A DNA stretch of 64,000 bases from an uncultured Bacteroidota bacterium (lineage in GTDB: Bacteria > Bacteroidota > Bacteroidia > JABEUT01). The notes beneath the pieces are model-generated. The model saw nothing but the letters and a program-made list of their open reading frames with translations. It did not search any database and had not been told where the DNA came from. Position 1 is the first letter of the stretch; the number at the start of each line of letters is the position of its first letter. The position numbers were made by a program, and so were the translations under genes. The stretch is taken from the NCBI GenBank assembly GCA_903916255.1, contig CAIWVW010000004.1:3895-67894 (forward strand). The letters are read 5' to 3'. Positions 1 to 10,878 of this stretch are shown piece by piece.

Positions 1-130
1 TATTAATGAAGGACAAAGCTAATAGATATTTTGAATTTGAAGAAATTAATTCACAAAAATTAATAATGATTTCAAAATGGAATTTATTATCTTGAATAAT
101 GGCAGTAAAATGTCAACATATCCATAAATA

Positions 131-160
131 AAAAAGCCTCCGAATTTTCGGAGGCTTTTT
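131..160. terminator. Rho-independent (bidirectional) terminator after groEL
   Basis: Perfect inverted repeat AAAAAGCCTCCGAA-TT-TTCGGAGGCTTTTT with A/T tails, 18 bp past the groEL stop. Confidence 0.9.
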
Positions 161-178
161 ATACGAGTAATGAAGAAA

Positions 179-1813
179 TTACATCATATCACCGCCCATG
201 CCGCCCATTGGTGGCATAGCTGGCTTATCCTTTTCTTTTTCTTCTGCCAATACACATTCGGTAGTAAGAATCATGCCTGCAATAGATGCCGCATTCTCAA
301 GCGCTACGCGGGTAACCTTGGTAGGGTCGATTACACCTGCGGCAATCAGGTTCTCATACTTTTCGGTGCGTGCATTAAATCCGAAATCGCCTTTGCCTTC
401 TTTCACTTTTTGGCAAACTACAGCTCCATCCATAGAACCGGAATTGGCTACAATCTGGCGAAGCGGTTCTTCCAGTGCACGGCGAATGATAGCAATACCG
501 GTGTTTTCATCATCGTTGCTGCCTTTCAGCTTTTCGATAGATTCAACAGCGCGGATATAAGCTACGCCTCCACCTGCAACAATACCTTCTTCCACTGCTG
601 CACGGGTTGCATGCAAAGCATCATCAACGCGGTCTTTCTTTTCTTTCATTTCCACTTCGGTAGCTGCGCCAACATATAATACGGCAACACCTCCGGCTAA
701 TTTAGCCAAACGTTCCTGCAGTTTTTCTTTGTCGTAGTCGGATGTGGTATTTTCGATTTGTGCTTTAATTTGGTTTACACGGGCTGTAATATCAGCCTTT
801 TTGCCTGCACCGCCAACAATGGTTGTATTGTCCTTGTCAATGGTGATTTTTTCAGCGCTGCCGAGGTAAGAAAGGTCAGCATTTTCCAATTTGTATCCGC
901 CTTCTTCCGAAATAAATACACCTTTGGTTAATATAGCGATATCTTCCAGCATCGATTTCCTTCTATCGCCAAAGCCGGGAGCCTTAACAGCAGCAATCTT
1001 CAATGAACCGCGGATTTTATTCACCACAAGGGTAGCCAAAGCTTCTCCGTCGATATCTTCAGCAATAATTAAAAGCGGACGGCCGGTTTGTACTGATTTT
1101 TCAAGCACAGGGAGAAGTTCTTTCATGTTGGAAAGCTTCTTTTCATAAATCAGAATGTATGGGTTTTCCAGAACGGCTTCCATCTTTTCTGCATTGGTAA
1201 CAAAGTAAGGAGAAATATATCCCCTGTCGAATTGCATACCTTCCACAATTTCAACGGTGGTTTCAGTTCCACGGGCTTCCTCAACTGTTATAACACCTTC
1301 TTTCTTCACTTTTGCCATTGCATTGGCAATAAGTTTTCCGATAGAATTGTCATTATTGGCAGAAATGGTGGCAACCTGTTCAATCTTACTGTTATCGTCA
1401 CCAACTGATTTGGACTGTTTCTTAAGGTCGGCAACAATAGCTTCAACAGCTTTGTCGATACCTCTTTTCAAATCCATTGGGTTAGCGCCTGCGGTTACGT
1501 TTTTTAAACCTGCCGTTAAAATAGCTTGTGCCAAAACGGTAGCGGTAGTAGTTCCATCGCCTGCAATGTCAGCAGTTTTGGAAGCAACTTCTTTCAAAAT
1601 TTGCGCCCCCATATTCTGAACCGGGTCAGAAAGTTCAATTTCTTTTGCAACGGTAACACCATCTTTAGTGATGATAGGTGAACCGAATTTTTTGTCGATA
1701 ATAACATTACGACCCTTAGGGCCTAAGGTTACTTTTACCGCATCAGCAAGAGCGTCTGCTCCTTTCTTAATTGCATCGCGGGCTTTCAGGTCAAAAATTA
1801 TGTCTTTAGCCAT
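179..1813 (-). CDS. groEL: Chaperonin GroEL
   Basis: [28 protein letters not shown]-repeat C-terminus; 544 aa. Confidence 0.99.
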   Translation of the reverse strand: MAKDIIFDLKARDAIKKGADALADAVKVTLGPKGRNVIIDKKFGSPIITKDGVTVAKEIELSDPVQNMGAQILKEVASKTADIAGDGTTTATVLAQAILTAGLKNVTAGANPMDLKRGIDKAVEAIVADLKKQSKSVGDDNSKIEQVATISANNDNSIGKLIANAMAKVKKEGVITVEEARGTETTVEIVEGMQFDRGYISPYFVTNAEKMEAVLENPYILIYEKKLSNMKELLPVLEKSVQTGRPLLIIAEDIDGEALATLVVNKIRGSLKIAAVKAPGFGDRRKSMLEDIAILTKGVFISEEGGYKLENADLSYLGSAEKITIDKDNTTIVGGAGKKADITARVNQIKAQIENTTSDYDKEKLQERLAKLAGGVAVLYVGAATEVEMKEKKDRVDDALHATRAAVEEGIVAGGGVAYIRAVESIEKLKGSNDDENTGIAIIRRALEEPLRQIVANSGSMDGAVVCQKVKEGKGDFGFNARTEKYENLIAAGVIDPTKVTRVALENAASIAGMILTTECVLAEEKEKDKPAMPPMGGMGGDMM

Positions 1814-1830
1814 GTTTTTTTAAAATTTTA

Positions 1831-1919
1831 AATTGTTAATTGTCAATTGTTAATGTTTAAGAACTTATAAATACAAAGAGCAAATGAATTTCATTTACAA
1901 TTTAGCATTTACAATTTAC
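1831..1919. repeat. Inverted arrays of 7-bp tandem repeats between groES and groEL
   Basis: AATTGTT AATTGTC AATTGTT AATGTTT (1831-1858) and imperfectly complementary CATTTAC AATTTAG CATTTAC AATTTAC (1892-1919). Confidence 0.65.
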
Positions 1920-1921
1920 TA

Positions 1922-2209
1922 TTAGTCGAAGTAACCAAGCAAGTCATCCTGGCGCATGATTTGGTACTCTTTACCTTCAATGGTAATTTCGGTACCGGAA
2001 TATTTTCCATACAGAACCTTGTCACCTACTTTTACGGTCATAGGTTCATCTTTCTTTTTGCCGGCGCCTACTGCTACTACGACTCCCTTTTGGGGTTTTT
2101 CCTTTGCAGAATCCGGAATGATAATTCCTCCTGCTGTTTTTTCTTCAGCCTCAGCTACTTCCACGAGTACACGGTCGCCCTGAGGTACAAAATTTACTTT
2201 TTTTGCCAT
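1922..2209 (-). CDS. groES: Co-chaperonin GroES
   Basis: PQGDRVLV...[21 protein letters not shown]; directly upstream of groEL. Confidence 0.99.
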   Translation of the reverse strand: MAKKVNFVPQGDRVLVEVAEAEEKTAGGIIIPDSAKEKPQKGVVVAVGAGKKKDEPMTVKVGDKVLYGKYSGTEITIEGKEYQIMRQDDLLGYFD

Positions 2210-2264
2210 GGTTTTATTTTAAATTTAAGGTTAGGTATTTAATTGCTTTCTGATAAACCTCTAA

Positions 2265-2280
2265 TCAAATCTCGTGCCAA
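2265..2280 (-). promoter_or_regulatory. sigma54 (RpoN)-type -24/-12 promoter of groESL
   Basis: Minus strand TTGGCACGAGATTTGA matches TGGCACG-N4-TTGC with one mismatch; ~55 bp upstream of groES. Confidence 0.65.
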
Positions 2281-2374
2281 ACTTTTTTCAAGACAACTTG
2301 GCATCCTGAAATGACAGATTTTTTGGTAAAGGGCTGCGAAGATAGGAAAATGACAGATTGGCCAGGTACAAACT

Positions 2375-2767
2375 TTAAGCACGAGCTGCTGTTGAAGCTC
2401 TGTGTTTACCTTGCTCGGTTGAGCGAGAGGGGCTTAGCAGTATTTCCATGATAACTACCTGTAAAAGAAATTGTGCACCGGTTACAATTCCGGCCAATGG
2501 GTTCTTAGCGAAAACATGAACAATGTTTGTTTGCAAAAGTACCCATGGGAATAGCATTATCAAAGGCATCAGATAAATAAACCATTTATACCCTCTGCGC
2601 AAAACAAACGAACAAACAATAAAAAGGGCAATAATGCCAATCATTTTTAAAGATGTTGTTCCGGCGGGAACAATGTCAAGAATTACAATATTCACTATTT
2701 TAAGAATAGTAACAAAGATTAGCAGATTGGATGCGCGAATAAATTTTTCCGGAACTTTTGAAAACAT
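2375..2767 (-). CDS. Hypothetical membrane protein (about 4 TM helices)
   Basis: Hydrophobic ORF; start set at ATG 2767 because a TATTTTTG -7 box lies at 2800-2807 on the minus strand. Confidence 0.7.
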   Translation of the reverse strand: MFSKVPEKFIRASNLLIFVTILKIVNIVILDIVPAGTTSLKMIGIIALFIVCSFVLRRGYKWFIYLMPLIMLFPWVLLQTNIVHVFAKNPLAGIVTGAQFLLQVVIMEILLSPSRSTEQGKHRASTAARA

Positions 2768-3002
2768 GAAAATAAATGAATTATGTGATAATAACATCAC
2801 AAAAATACAAAAAAATCACCGATAAAACCGAAAAACATGATTTAAGTCAGTATTAAATTTACTGTTCTTTGATTATCAATAACATAAAAACAATAAATTT
2901 AACAATTAATTCATAAAAAACAGCCAATAAAGTATATTTAAAGCCAATACTTTACTATAATCGAAAATAATTCCGTAGAACAAAATCGGGTTGTAAAATA
3001 AA

Positions 3003-4277
3003 TTATAAAGCCGGAAGCAGTTTTGCCTTCGCTTCGCCAAACCCGATTCTCAAATTGCCTTTTTGGCAATATCCTTTTACAATAATAGTATCACCATCCT
3101 GCAAAAACTTTCGTTCTTGTCCGTTGGGCAGCGTTATGGGTTTGGAGCCGTTCCATGTCAATTCAAGCATGGAGCCGAATGAATCGGGTGTTGGCCCGCT
3201 GATTGTTCCGGATGCCATTAAATCGCCAACATTGATATTACAACCATTTATAGTGTGGTGGGCCAGTTGTTGCTCCATGGTCCAATAAAGGTGCTTATAG
3301 TTAGATGTGCATATTTTAACGGCATCCGTATTCTCTGCTTGCAGCCATACCTCAAGGGTTATATCTATGGCTGTATTTTCATCAGCACGTTTTAAATAGG
3401 GTAATACTTCCGGTTCCTGCGGAGGTGCTTGAGTACGGAATGGTTCAAGGGCTTCCAGAGTAACTATCCAGGGGGAAGTGGTGGAGGCAAAATTTTTAGC
3501 TAAAAACGGGCCAAGCGGAACATATTCCCAACGCTGAATATCGCGGGCCGACCAGTCATTAAACAAGGTCATTCCAAAAATATAGTCATCGGCTTCTTTA
3601 TTAGAAACGGATTGCCCTGATTCAGTTTGTTTACCGATAATAAAAGCCATTTCCAATTCAAAATCCATAGCCTTTGAAGGGTAGAAGGCAGGTATATCAG
3701 ACCCCGGAGGAGCTACCTGGCCTTTAGGACGATGAAAATTTTTGCCCGATACCATTATGGAGGAAGAGCGCCCGTGATAAGCCACCGGCAAATGGAGCCA
3801 ATTTGGCAACAATGCATTTTTAGGGTCGCGGAACATAGAACCTACATTGGTGGCATGTTCTTTGCTGGAGTAAAAATCGGTATAATCGCCGACCTTTACA
3901 GGCATTAACAACTCCACTTCATTTATGTTGAACAAACATTTTGAAACGGCCTCCTTATCATCCCGCAGTTTTCCGTTGTCACTTTTTAATAAGGATTTAA
4001 TCTGCTTGCGAACAGAGTGCCAAACAGGTTTCCCCAGCGCAATAAATTCGTTGAGGGAATCTTTATCGAAAATACCATTGGGCAATGAAATTTCGGAAAA
4101 AAACCCCAACCCCTGCAAAGCGGAAAGGTCTATTACATATTCGCCGATGGCGGTAGCTGCGGAAGCCCTGCCATTTTTATGTTTAATAATTCCCAACGGC
4201 AAATTATAAATGGGGAAATCGGAATTATCCGGAACATTTATCCAGGAGGTAATTAAAATATCGTTCGTGTTATGCAT
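3003..4277 (-). CDS. fahA: Fumarylacetoacetase
   Basis: DFPIYNLPLG, GDYTDFYSSKEHATNVG, NDWSARDIQRWEYVPLGPF, SGTISG motifs. Confidence 0.97.
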   Translation of the reverse strand: MHNTNDILITSWINVPDNSDFPIYNLPLGIIKHKNGRASAATAIGEYVIDLSALQGLGFFSEISLPNGIFDKDSLNEFIALGKPVWHSVRKQIKSLLKSDNGKLRDDKEAVSKCLFNINEVELLMPVKVGDYTDFYSSKEHATNVGSMFRDPKNALLPNWLHLPVAYHGRSSSIMVSGKNFHRPKGQVAPPGSDIPAFYPSKAMDFELEMAFIIGKQTESGQSVSNKEADDYIFGMTLFNDWSARDIQRWEYVPLGPFLAKNFASTTSPWIVTLEALEPFRTQAPPQEPEVLPYLKRADENTAIDITLEVWLQAENTDAVKICTSNYKHLYWTMEQQLAHHTINGCNINVGDLMASGTISGPTPDSFGSMLELTWNGSKPITLPNGQERKFLQDGDTIIVKGYCQKGNLRIGFGEAKAKLLPAL

Positions 4278-4295
4278 TCAGTAAATTATAAAATG

Positions 4296-4339
4296 CAAAA
4301 TTATCTTTATTCTTATTAGTCGGTAAAGAACTACATTTG
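4296..4339. promoter_or_regulatory. Divergent Bacteroidota -7 promoter boxes for fahA and asnB
   Basis: TAATTTTG on minus (4296-4303) and TACATTTG on plus (4332-4339), both matching TAnnTTTG. Confidence 0.6.
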
Positions 4340-4468
4340 CAGAGTAATGAATTTATTGGGAGGCAGAGGCCATTTTATATGATGTATATCATATCCTTTC
4401 AATAGGTAAGTTAGTAGTTTGCCTAATTAATTAAAGAACCGACCCAGACCCCTAATGTATATAGCTTA

Positions 4469-6364
4469 GTGTGCGGAATAACCGGAATAATAACAAGTTC
4501 TGAAGAAGCGGCAAAGTATTTCAGTGCCATAAAATCAGCAACCATCTCACTGCAGCACCGCGGCCCCGACAATAGCGGTTCTTTTGCAGATTTCAATGCT
4601 CTTTTGGGGCATACCCGCCTGTCTATTATTGATACAAGTAATGCTTCCGACCAACCATTTTATAGCACCGATGGGCGATATGTTATTGTGTACAATGGTG
4701 AGGTTTTTAATTTTAAGGAACTCCGCCAGGAGCTTATGCAAAAAGGGGTGGCGTTCCAAACTAGTGGCGATACGGAGGTTTTATTGCAATTGTATATTCA
4801 TGAAGGCGCCCGTTTTTTAGAGAGAGTGAATGGGTTTTTTGCATTTGCCATTTATGATAAACTTCAAAAATCCCTATTCCTGGCCCGCGACCGTTTTGGA
4901 ATAAAACCGCTTTTTTATTTTTGGGACGGTAACCGTTTCATATTCGCTTCTGAAATGAAAGCCTTGTTGCAATACCCGTTTCAGCGGAAAATTGACAGCG
5001 TATCGCTCATCGAATATTTACAGCTGAATTATATTCCGGCGCCCAATACCATGCTCGAAGGCGTGAAGAAATTCCCGGTGGGGCAATGTGCCAAAATTAC
5101 ATACAATGACCGTAAACTAACCTTCGCTCCCTTTTGCAAAGAGCCTTATTTTGAAGGATGTGAAGACAAAAGCATTACCTATGGTGATGCGGTAAAAAAA
5201 TTTTACAACTTGTTTGAAGATTCTGTGCAAAAGCGTTTACTGGCAGATGTTCCTGTAGGTACCTTTTTAAGCGGCGGGCTCGATTCTTCAGCGGTAACGG
5301 CCGTGGCTGCCCTTCACAAAAAAAATATCATGTCTTTTTCGATAGGGTACAAGGAAGAACCTATGTTCGATGAAACTCAGTATGCCGAAATGGTGGCCAA
5401 AAAGCTGGGTACTGACCATCACACCTTCCGGCTCGATAACAGTGACCTTTTCAAAGAACTATATAATATATTAGATACGTTGGGCGAACCTTTTGGCGAT
5501 TCTTCCTCCATACCTATGTATATTCTGTGCCAAAAAGCCAGACGGCATGTGAAGGTATGTTTGTCGGGCGATGGGAGCGATGAGCTTATGGGCGGGTATA
5601 ACAAACATTTGGCCGAATATAAACTGAGGAACAATCCGAATCTTAAAACCCTGTCTAATTTAGCGGCACCCTTTTTGAAATTACTGCCCTATTCAAGAAA
5701 TACCCTTTACGGAAATAAAATCAGGCAAGTAATCCGGTTTGCCGATGGGGCGAAATTAAATAACGGTGACCGTTATTGGAAATGGGCATCTATTGCCAAT
5801 GCAGATAAAGCTATAAGTTTACTGAATGTAAAAAGTGGAAATCTGGGCCATTTGTTTTCTGAAATTAAGAATTCGCATCTTTCCACACTCGATAAAAATT
5901 TCAATTCGCTTTTTTATACGGATGTGAAGTTGGTATTGCAAAACGATATGTTGGTGAAAACCGACCTGATGAGCATGGCTAACAGTTTGGAAGTCCGCGT
6001 GCCTTTTCTGGATTACAGGCTGGTGGAGTTTTTATTTTCGCTGCCTTTCGAATATAAAATAGGCGGAAGCACCCAAAAAAGAATATTGCGTGATGCCGTA
6101 TCGCATTTACTGCCGCAGGAAGTTGTAACGAGAAAAAAACAAGGTTTTGAAGTACCTTTGCTGAAATGGTTTAAAACGGAGTTGAAAGGCACTATCGAAT
6201 CACTATGGCTGGATGATGACTACATAATAAACCAGGGTATATTTGATGTGAAGCAGATAAGGATTCTGAAAAAACAACTGCAATCATCCAACCCGCAAGA
6301 TGTGGTGGCGCAGATATGGGGGCTTATAGCTTTTCAGCACTGGTATAAAAGAAACATAGAATAA
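4469..6364 (+). CDS. asnB: Asparagine synthase (glutamine-hydrolysing)-type amidotransferase, probably polysaccharide-modifying
   Basis: N-terminal MCGI, HRGPD, RLSIID, LSGGLDSS, SLEVRVPFLD; located in a polysaccharide locus. Confidence 0.95.
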   Translation: MCGITGIITSSEEAAKYFSAIKSATISLQHRGPDNSGSFADFNALLGHTRLSIIDTSNASDQPFYSTDGRYVIVYNGEVFNFKELRQELMQKGVAFQTSGDTEVLLQLYIHEGARFLERVNGFFAFAIYDKLQKSLFLARDRFGIKPLFYFWDGNRFIFASEMKALLQYPFQRKIDSVSLIEYLQLNYIPAPNTMLEGVKKFPVGQCAKITYNDRKLTFAPFCKEPYFEGCEDKSITYGDAVKKFYNLFEDSVQKRLLADVPVGTFLSGGLDSSAVTAVAALHKKNIMSFSIGYKEEPMFDETQYAEMVAKKLGTDHHTFRLDNSDLFKELYNILDTLGEPFGDSSSIPMYILCQKARRHVKVCLSGDGSDELMGGYNKHLAEYKLRNNPNLKTLSNLAAPFLKLLPYSRNTLYGNKIRQVIRFADGAKLNNGDRYWKWASIANADKAISLLNVKSGNLGHLFSEIKNSHLSTLDKNFNSLFYTDVKLVLQNDMLVKTDLMSMANSLEVRVPFLDYRLVEFLFSLPFEYKIGGSTQKRILRDAVSHLLPQEVVTRKKQGFEVPLLKWFKTELKGTIESLWLDDDYIINQGIFDVKQIRILKKQLQSSNPQDVVAQIWGLIAFQHWYKRNIE

Positions 6365-6365
6365 A

Positions 6366-7592
6366 TTGCAAAAGGAAAAAACCTACAGAGTCTTCAGGCT
6401 CATTAACAGATTTAATTTAGGCGGGCCGACTTTTAATGTAACCTACCTTTCAAAGTTCCTTTCACCCGAATATGAAACTATGCTGGCGGGAGGTGTGAAA
6501 GACGAATCGGAAGCAAGTTCGGAACATATTCCGTTGGAATATGGTATAAAGCCCCTGATTATTAAAAATATGAAAAGGTCCATAAATCCGGCCAACGATA
6601 TTTTTGCCTATAATAATATACGGAAAATAATAAGTGAGTTTAAGCCCCATATAGTTCATACACATGCATCTAAAGCGGGGTTTCTGGGCCGTATGGCGGC
6701 TGTTTCCTGCAAAGTGCCCATAATTGTGCACACTTTCCATGGGCATGTTTTCCATTCTTATTTCGATAATATTCAAACTACAGTTTATAAAAACATTGAA
6801 AGATACCTGGCTTCAAAAAGCGCTGCGCTTATAGCCCTTAGCGAAAAGCAGAAAATGGAACTTACGGAAATTCATAAGATAGCACCTGCCGAAAAGTTTC
6901 ATATAATTCCGTTAGGATTTGATTTAGAACGGTTTTGGACGAATACAGAAGAAAAGAGGCGCATATTCCGAAACCGGCATGGGTTGGACAATAATACAGT
7001 AGCTGTTGGAATTATGGGGAGGTTGGTACCTATTAAAAATCATGCACTTTTTCTGGATGCTTTTAAAAATGCAAAAGAAAGAACTGAAAACCCTGTAAAA
7101 GCATTTATAATTGGCGATGGAGAATTAAAAGAAACTCTTGTAAATCAATGTATAAAAAGTGGTCTTTCCTATTCAACCATTGAAAAACCCAATCCCAATG
7201 CCAGTGTTATTTTTACTTCCTGGATAACAGATACTGATACAGCTCTGGCAGGGCTCGATATTATTGCCCTTTCGTCACTGAATGAAGGGACGCCTGTGAG
7301 CCTCATAGAAGCGCAGGCAGCCGGCAAACCTGTAATTTCCACCCTTGCAGGGGGAATAGAGAATGTGGTCATTCCCAATGAAACAGCCCTTCTTTCACCC
7401 GTAAACGATATCGCCCTTTTTTCCGAGAATTTATATAAGCTATTGAATAGTAGCGAGCTAAGGAATAATCTATCTAAAAAAGGTAAAGAATTTGTAAGTA
7501 AAAATTTCAGTTATGTTACATTGGCCGACAATGTAGGCAGCCTTTATAAAAAACTTCTGCAAGATAAAGGCCTATGGAAAATTGAAAATTAA
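6366..7592 (+). CDS. Glycosyltransferase family 4 (GT-B)
   Basis: HTHASKAG, GRLVPIKN, NEGTPVSLIEAQAAG (EX7E motif); TTG start. Confidence 0.92.
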   Translation: MQKEKTYRVFRLINRFNLGGPTFNVTYLSKFLSPEYETMLAGGVKDESEASSEHIPLEYGIKPLIIKNMKRSINPANDIFAYNNIRKIISEFKPHIVHTHASKAGFLGRMAAVSCKVPIIVHTFHGHVFHSYFDNIQTTVYKNIERYLASKSAALIALSEKQKMELTEIHKIAPAEKFHIIPLGFDLERFWTNTEEKRRIFRNRHGLDNNTVAVGIMGRLVPIKNHALFLDAFKNAKERTENPVKAFIIGDGELKETLVNQCIKSGLSYSTIEKPNPNASVIFTSWITDTDTALAGLDIIALSSLNEGTPVSLIEAQAAGKPVISTLAGGIENVVIPNETALLSPVNDIALFSENLYKLLNSSELRNNLSKKGKEFVSKNFSYVTLADNVGSLYKKLLQDKGLWKIEN

Positions 7593-7600
7593 TACCTTTG
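7593..7600 (+). promoter_or_regulatory. -7 promoter box for wza-wzc
   Basis: TACCTTTG 30 bp upstream of the wza ATG. Confidence 0.55.
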
Positions 7601-7630
7601 CGTTTCTCATTCAGAGAATAATCAATTAAT

Positions 7631-8425
7631 ATGCGGAAAATACTTTACCTATTTGTTCTTGCTGCATTGGCAGGTTGTAATGCGTTATACCCTAGTTACA
7701 TGCTGAAAACCCCAAGGGATTACCATTTCGATAAACTTATTGACTCTACCACGGCTGCCAACTATAAAATTTCATCCAATGACTTTCTTAATATGAGGCT
7801 GTTTTCTCAAGACGGTTTTCATATTGTCGACCTTACCAATACCAGTAATGCCGGTTCCAGCGGAGGCTCGGGCGGTTCGTCCAGTAATGCTGCCGCAGCG
7901 GTTACTACCAGTATAGATTATTTGGTGGAAACCGATGGGACGGTAGATTTACCGGTAATAAAGAAAACCCAGGTAGCCGGATTAACTATTCATGAGGCTA
8001 CCGAAATGCTGGAAAAAAAATATGCCACTTATTATATACATCCGTATATTCTGCTCAACATATCCAACCGAAGGGTAATCGTTTTTCCGGGTGACCCGGG
8101 AACAGCCAAGGTAATACCACTGGTAAACAATAATACCACCCTTATAGAAGCTTTAGCATTGGCCGGCGGGCTTACCGAGAGCGGGAAAGCAAAGCAAATT
8201 AAACTTATCAGGGGCGACCCTGCCAAGCCACAGGTATACCTGATTGATTTAAATACGATTGATGGGATAAAACAGGGGAATACCATTTTACAGGCCAACG
8301 ATATTATTTATGTAACACCACAAAGAAGGCCCACGCTTGTTTTGCTGGAGAGGGTTACACCAATACTTAGCGGCATAAGCAGCATTCTTCTTACCATTGT
8401 TTTACTTAAGTCCGTAAAGCTGTAA
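7631..8425 (+). CDS. wza: Polysaccharide export lipoprotein (Wza/Poly_export-SLBB)
   Basis: Lipobox LAGC, DGTVDLPVI, TLIEALALAGGL, LQANDIIYV. Confidence 0.88.
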   Translation: MRKILYLFVLAALAGCNALYPSYMLKTPRDYHFDKLIDSTTAANYKISSNDFLNMRLFSQDGFHIVDLTNTSNAGSSGGSGGSSSNAAAAVTTSIDYLVETDGTVDLPVIKKTQVAGLTIHEATEMLEKKYATYYIHPYILLNISNRRVIVFPGDPGTAKVIPLVNNNTTLIEALALAGGLTESGKAKQIKLIRGDPAKPQVYLIDLNTIDGIKQGNTILQANDIIYVTPQRRPTLVLLERVTPILSGISSILLTIVLLKSVKL

Positions 8426-8428
8426 GCG

Positions 8429-10873
8429 ATGCCAGCCGGAGAAAATGAAAATATATCTTCTACCCCTGTTCGGAAAAAAAGGGGTAACAGGATTTCGTTA
8501 TTAAACGAAGAATTTGACCTTTCTCTTTTTGTACTTATATCTCAAAAAAGATGGAAATTACTGGCCGGAATATCCTTGTTTATTTTGGCCATTGCAGTAT
8601 TATATCTTCGCTATGCCCAGCGTGTATATGAAGAAAACTGCCTGGTGCAGATAGGTTCTCAGAACACAGCTAATAAAGTATTGAATAACCCGGCAGCCAA
8701 TTTATACCAGTCGAATGATGATGAAGTAGCTGAAGCGGTGGAGCTGATGAAGTCGAGAATATTCATGGAAAAAGTACTTCGTTACCTTCCCATGTCAATC
8801 TCTTATTATACCGAAGGCACCTTTAAAAATAATGAAAAGTACATGTCTTCTCCATACGAGGCGCTGGTTGACAGCACAGCCATGTTCAGGTTGGTCAGGG
8901 TGCCAATATATGTTTATTTTACCAGTCTTTCCGGCGGAAAGCTAACTTTTGCGGTAGGCAAAGGCCCTAAAAATTCGTACAGTTTTACATGCGGCCAATG
9001 GTGTGAAACACCATATGGAAAAATAAATATTAAGGTCCTTTTGGCCTCTGAGGTAACCAAGTCTGTTAAAAACCTGAAAAAGGATGCCGACTACTTTCTT
9101 ATAAACGATTATAACGATTTGTCGAAATATTATGTAAAGCAGGTGAATGTAAAAATATTAAATTCTGAAGCTAAAACCATTCAAATATCCTGCCGCGACG
9201 AAGACGATAACAAGGCTTCGGATATTGTGAACGCAATAGGCAAATTGTACATCAACGAAATGGTTCAGAAAAGAAGCGAAAGCGACGAACATATCCTGAA
9301 CTTTGTAAATAGCCAGCTGGATACTATATACAACCACATTCGGGAGACGGAAATAAGTATGGGCGATACTATAAAAAAGCATGGAGCAGGCGCCAGTCTT
9401 TCTTCTGAATTATTGAATGCCAATGGCGGGTTTTTGCAAACACTGGACGAAAAAATTTCGCAGCTTAATATCGACCAGCGCTTGCTGAACGATATGGCGC
9501 TGAAAGTTAATGATGCCCAAAATATGGACCCATCTTATCTGCTTATGCAATTGGATATGGTGGATGAAAGCGGCAGCGTGAAAGACAACATAAACATTTT
9601 GCGCGAATACTTGGCTGAACGTCAGAAAGCAGCCTTTGACGCAACAGATGCCAATGTGAAAATGCAGGAACTGGATAGCCTTATCAAAGGGCAGAAAATG
9701 ATAATATTCCAGTCTATAGGTTTGTTAAAGGAAAAAATGGAAGCAGCTAAAAAAGCATTGGTTGCCGAACGGGATGAAATACAAGCAAGGCTGCTTAGCC
9801 CTACCGAAACTACCAACCTTGAAAATTTAAGATTACAAAGGCAGGCAAGCATCGATGAGAAATATTATGACCTGTTGCTTGAAAAGAAAGCGGAGTACGC
9901 CATTTCGAAAGCAGGCTATGTGGCCGAAAGCGATATACTTGAAAACGCCATTCCGGCATGGGTTCCGGTATCTCCCAAAAAATCGGTTACACTTGGCATT
10001 GCATTATTAATAGCGCTTATAATATGTGTATTAATCTTGGTGGTTATTTATATGTTTTACAATAACATTACATCGGTAATGGAAATTGAAAAACTATCAG
10101 ACAGCCCCGTTACTATATTAGGCATAATACCCAAATATACCAAGGAAATTCCGGCTTCGCAGATTATTGTTAACCACAATCCCAAATCTATCCTTGCGGA
10201 ATCATTCCGGTCCATACGTACCAATTTGCAGTTTATTGCCAACGAAACCGAAGCCAAGGTTATATCCATCACATCCACTATTTCGGGTGAAGGAAAAACA
10301 TTTGTCTGCGTGAACCTCGGCGGTATAATAGCCTATTCGGGCAAAAAGGTAATTGTGCTTGATTTGGATATGCGTAGGCCGCGGATACATACCGCCTTCG
10401 GGCTCGATAATTCAAAAGGAATGAGCACCCTGCTTATCGGCAAATACAAAGTGGAAGATGTAATTCAGAAAACGGAAAACGACAATCTCGATATTATTAC
10501 GGCAGGGCCTATTCCGCCCAATCCTTCCGAACTTGTTATCAGCCCGGCCATGGATGATATACTGAATAAGCTGAAGGCGCTGTATGATATTATTATTGTA
10601 GATAATCCGCCGGTAGGCTTGGTTACCGATGGAATTGCCATGTTGCAGCGGGCCGATTACCCAATCTACCTGATGCGGGTGGATTATTCCAAGCGCGAGT
10701 TCATATATTTTGTGGACAGGTTGTATTATGAAAACCAATTTCATAAACTGTCCATTATTTTAAACGGAGTCGATTTCAAACGGCAGAAATACGGTTACAG
10801 TTATTATAAATATGGTTACTATGGCTATGGATACGGATATACCTATGGCCATGGAAATTATTACGAAACATAA
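8429..10873 (+). CDS. wzc: Polysaccharide co-polymerase / BY tyrosine kinase
   Basis: Two TM helices, ESFRSIRTNL, Walker A GEGKT, DLDMRRP, C-terminal Tyr cluster (YGYSYYKYGYYGYGYGY). Confidence 0.95.
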   Translation: MPAGENENISSTPVRKKRGNRISLLNEEFDLSLFVLISQKRWKLLAGISLFILAIAVLYLRYAQRVYEENCLVQIGSQNTANKVLNNPAANLYQSNDDEVAEAVELMKSRIFMEKVLRYLPMSISYYTEGTFKNNEKYMSSPYEALVDSTAMFRLVRVPIYVYFTSLSGGKLTFAVGKGPKNSYSFTCGQWCETPYGKINIKVLLASEVTKSVKNLKKDADYFLINDYNDLSKYYVKQVNVKILNSEAKTIQISCRDEDDNKASDIVNAIGKLYINEMVQKRSESDEHILNFVNSQLDTIYNHIRETEISMGDTIKKHGAGASLSSELLNANGGFLQTLDEKISQLNIDQRLLNDMALKVNDAQNMDPSYLLMQLDMVDESGSVKDNINILREYLAERQKAAFDATDANVKMQELDSLIKGQKMIIFQSIGLLKEKMEAAKKALVAERDEIQARLLSPTETTNLENLRLQRQASIDEKYYDLLLEKKAEYAISKAGYVAESDILENAIPAWVPVSPKKSVTLGIALLIALIICVLILVVIYMFYNNITSVMEIEKLSDSPVTILGIIPKYTKEIPASQIIVNHNPKSILAESFRSIRTNLQFIANETEAKVISITSTISGEGKTFVCVNLGGIIAYSGKKVIVLDLDMRRPRIHTAFGLDNSKGMSTLLIGKYKVEDVIQKTENDNLDIITAGPIPPNPSELVISPAMDDILNKLKALYDIIIVDNPPVGLVTDGIAMLQRADYPIYLMRVDYSKREFIYFVDRLYYENQFHKLSIILNGVDFKRQKYGYSYYKYGYYGYGYGYTYGHGNYYET

Positions 10874-10878
10874 AAAAT

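Noticed and set aside
100-115. TGGCAGTAAAATGTCA resembling the groES upstream repeats
   Set aside because: Single short match at the window edge, with no visible gene to attach it to.
170-679. Long antisense or alternative-frame ORFs over groEL, and similar ones over GH1 (32046-32729), cgs and pgm
   Set aside because: Shadow ORFs opposite well-supported genes, with no recognisable motifs.
4340-4468. Possible riboswitch or ops-like element in the asnB leader (small hairpins such as ATATGAT-gtat-ATCATAT)
   Set aside because: Only weak AU-rich stems; no recognisable RNA family or ops sequence.
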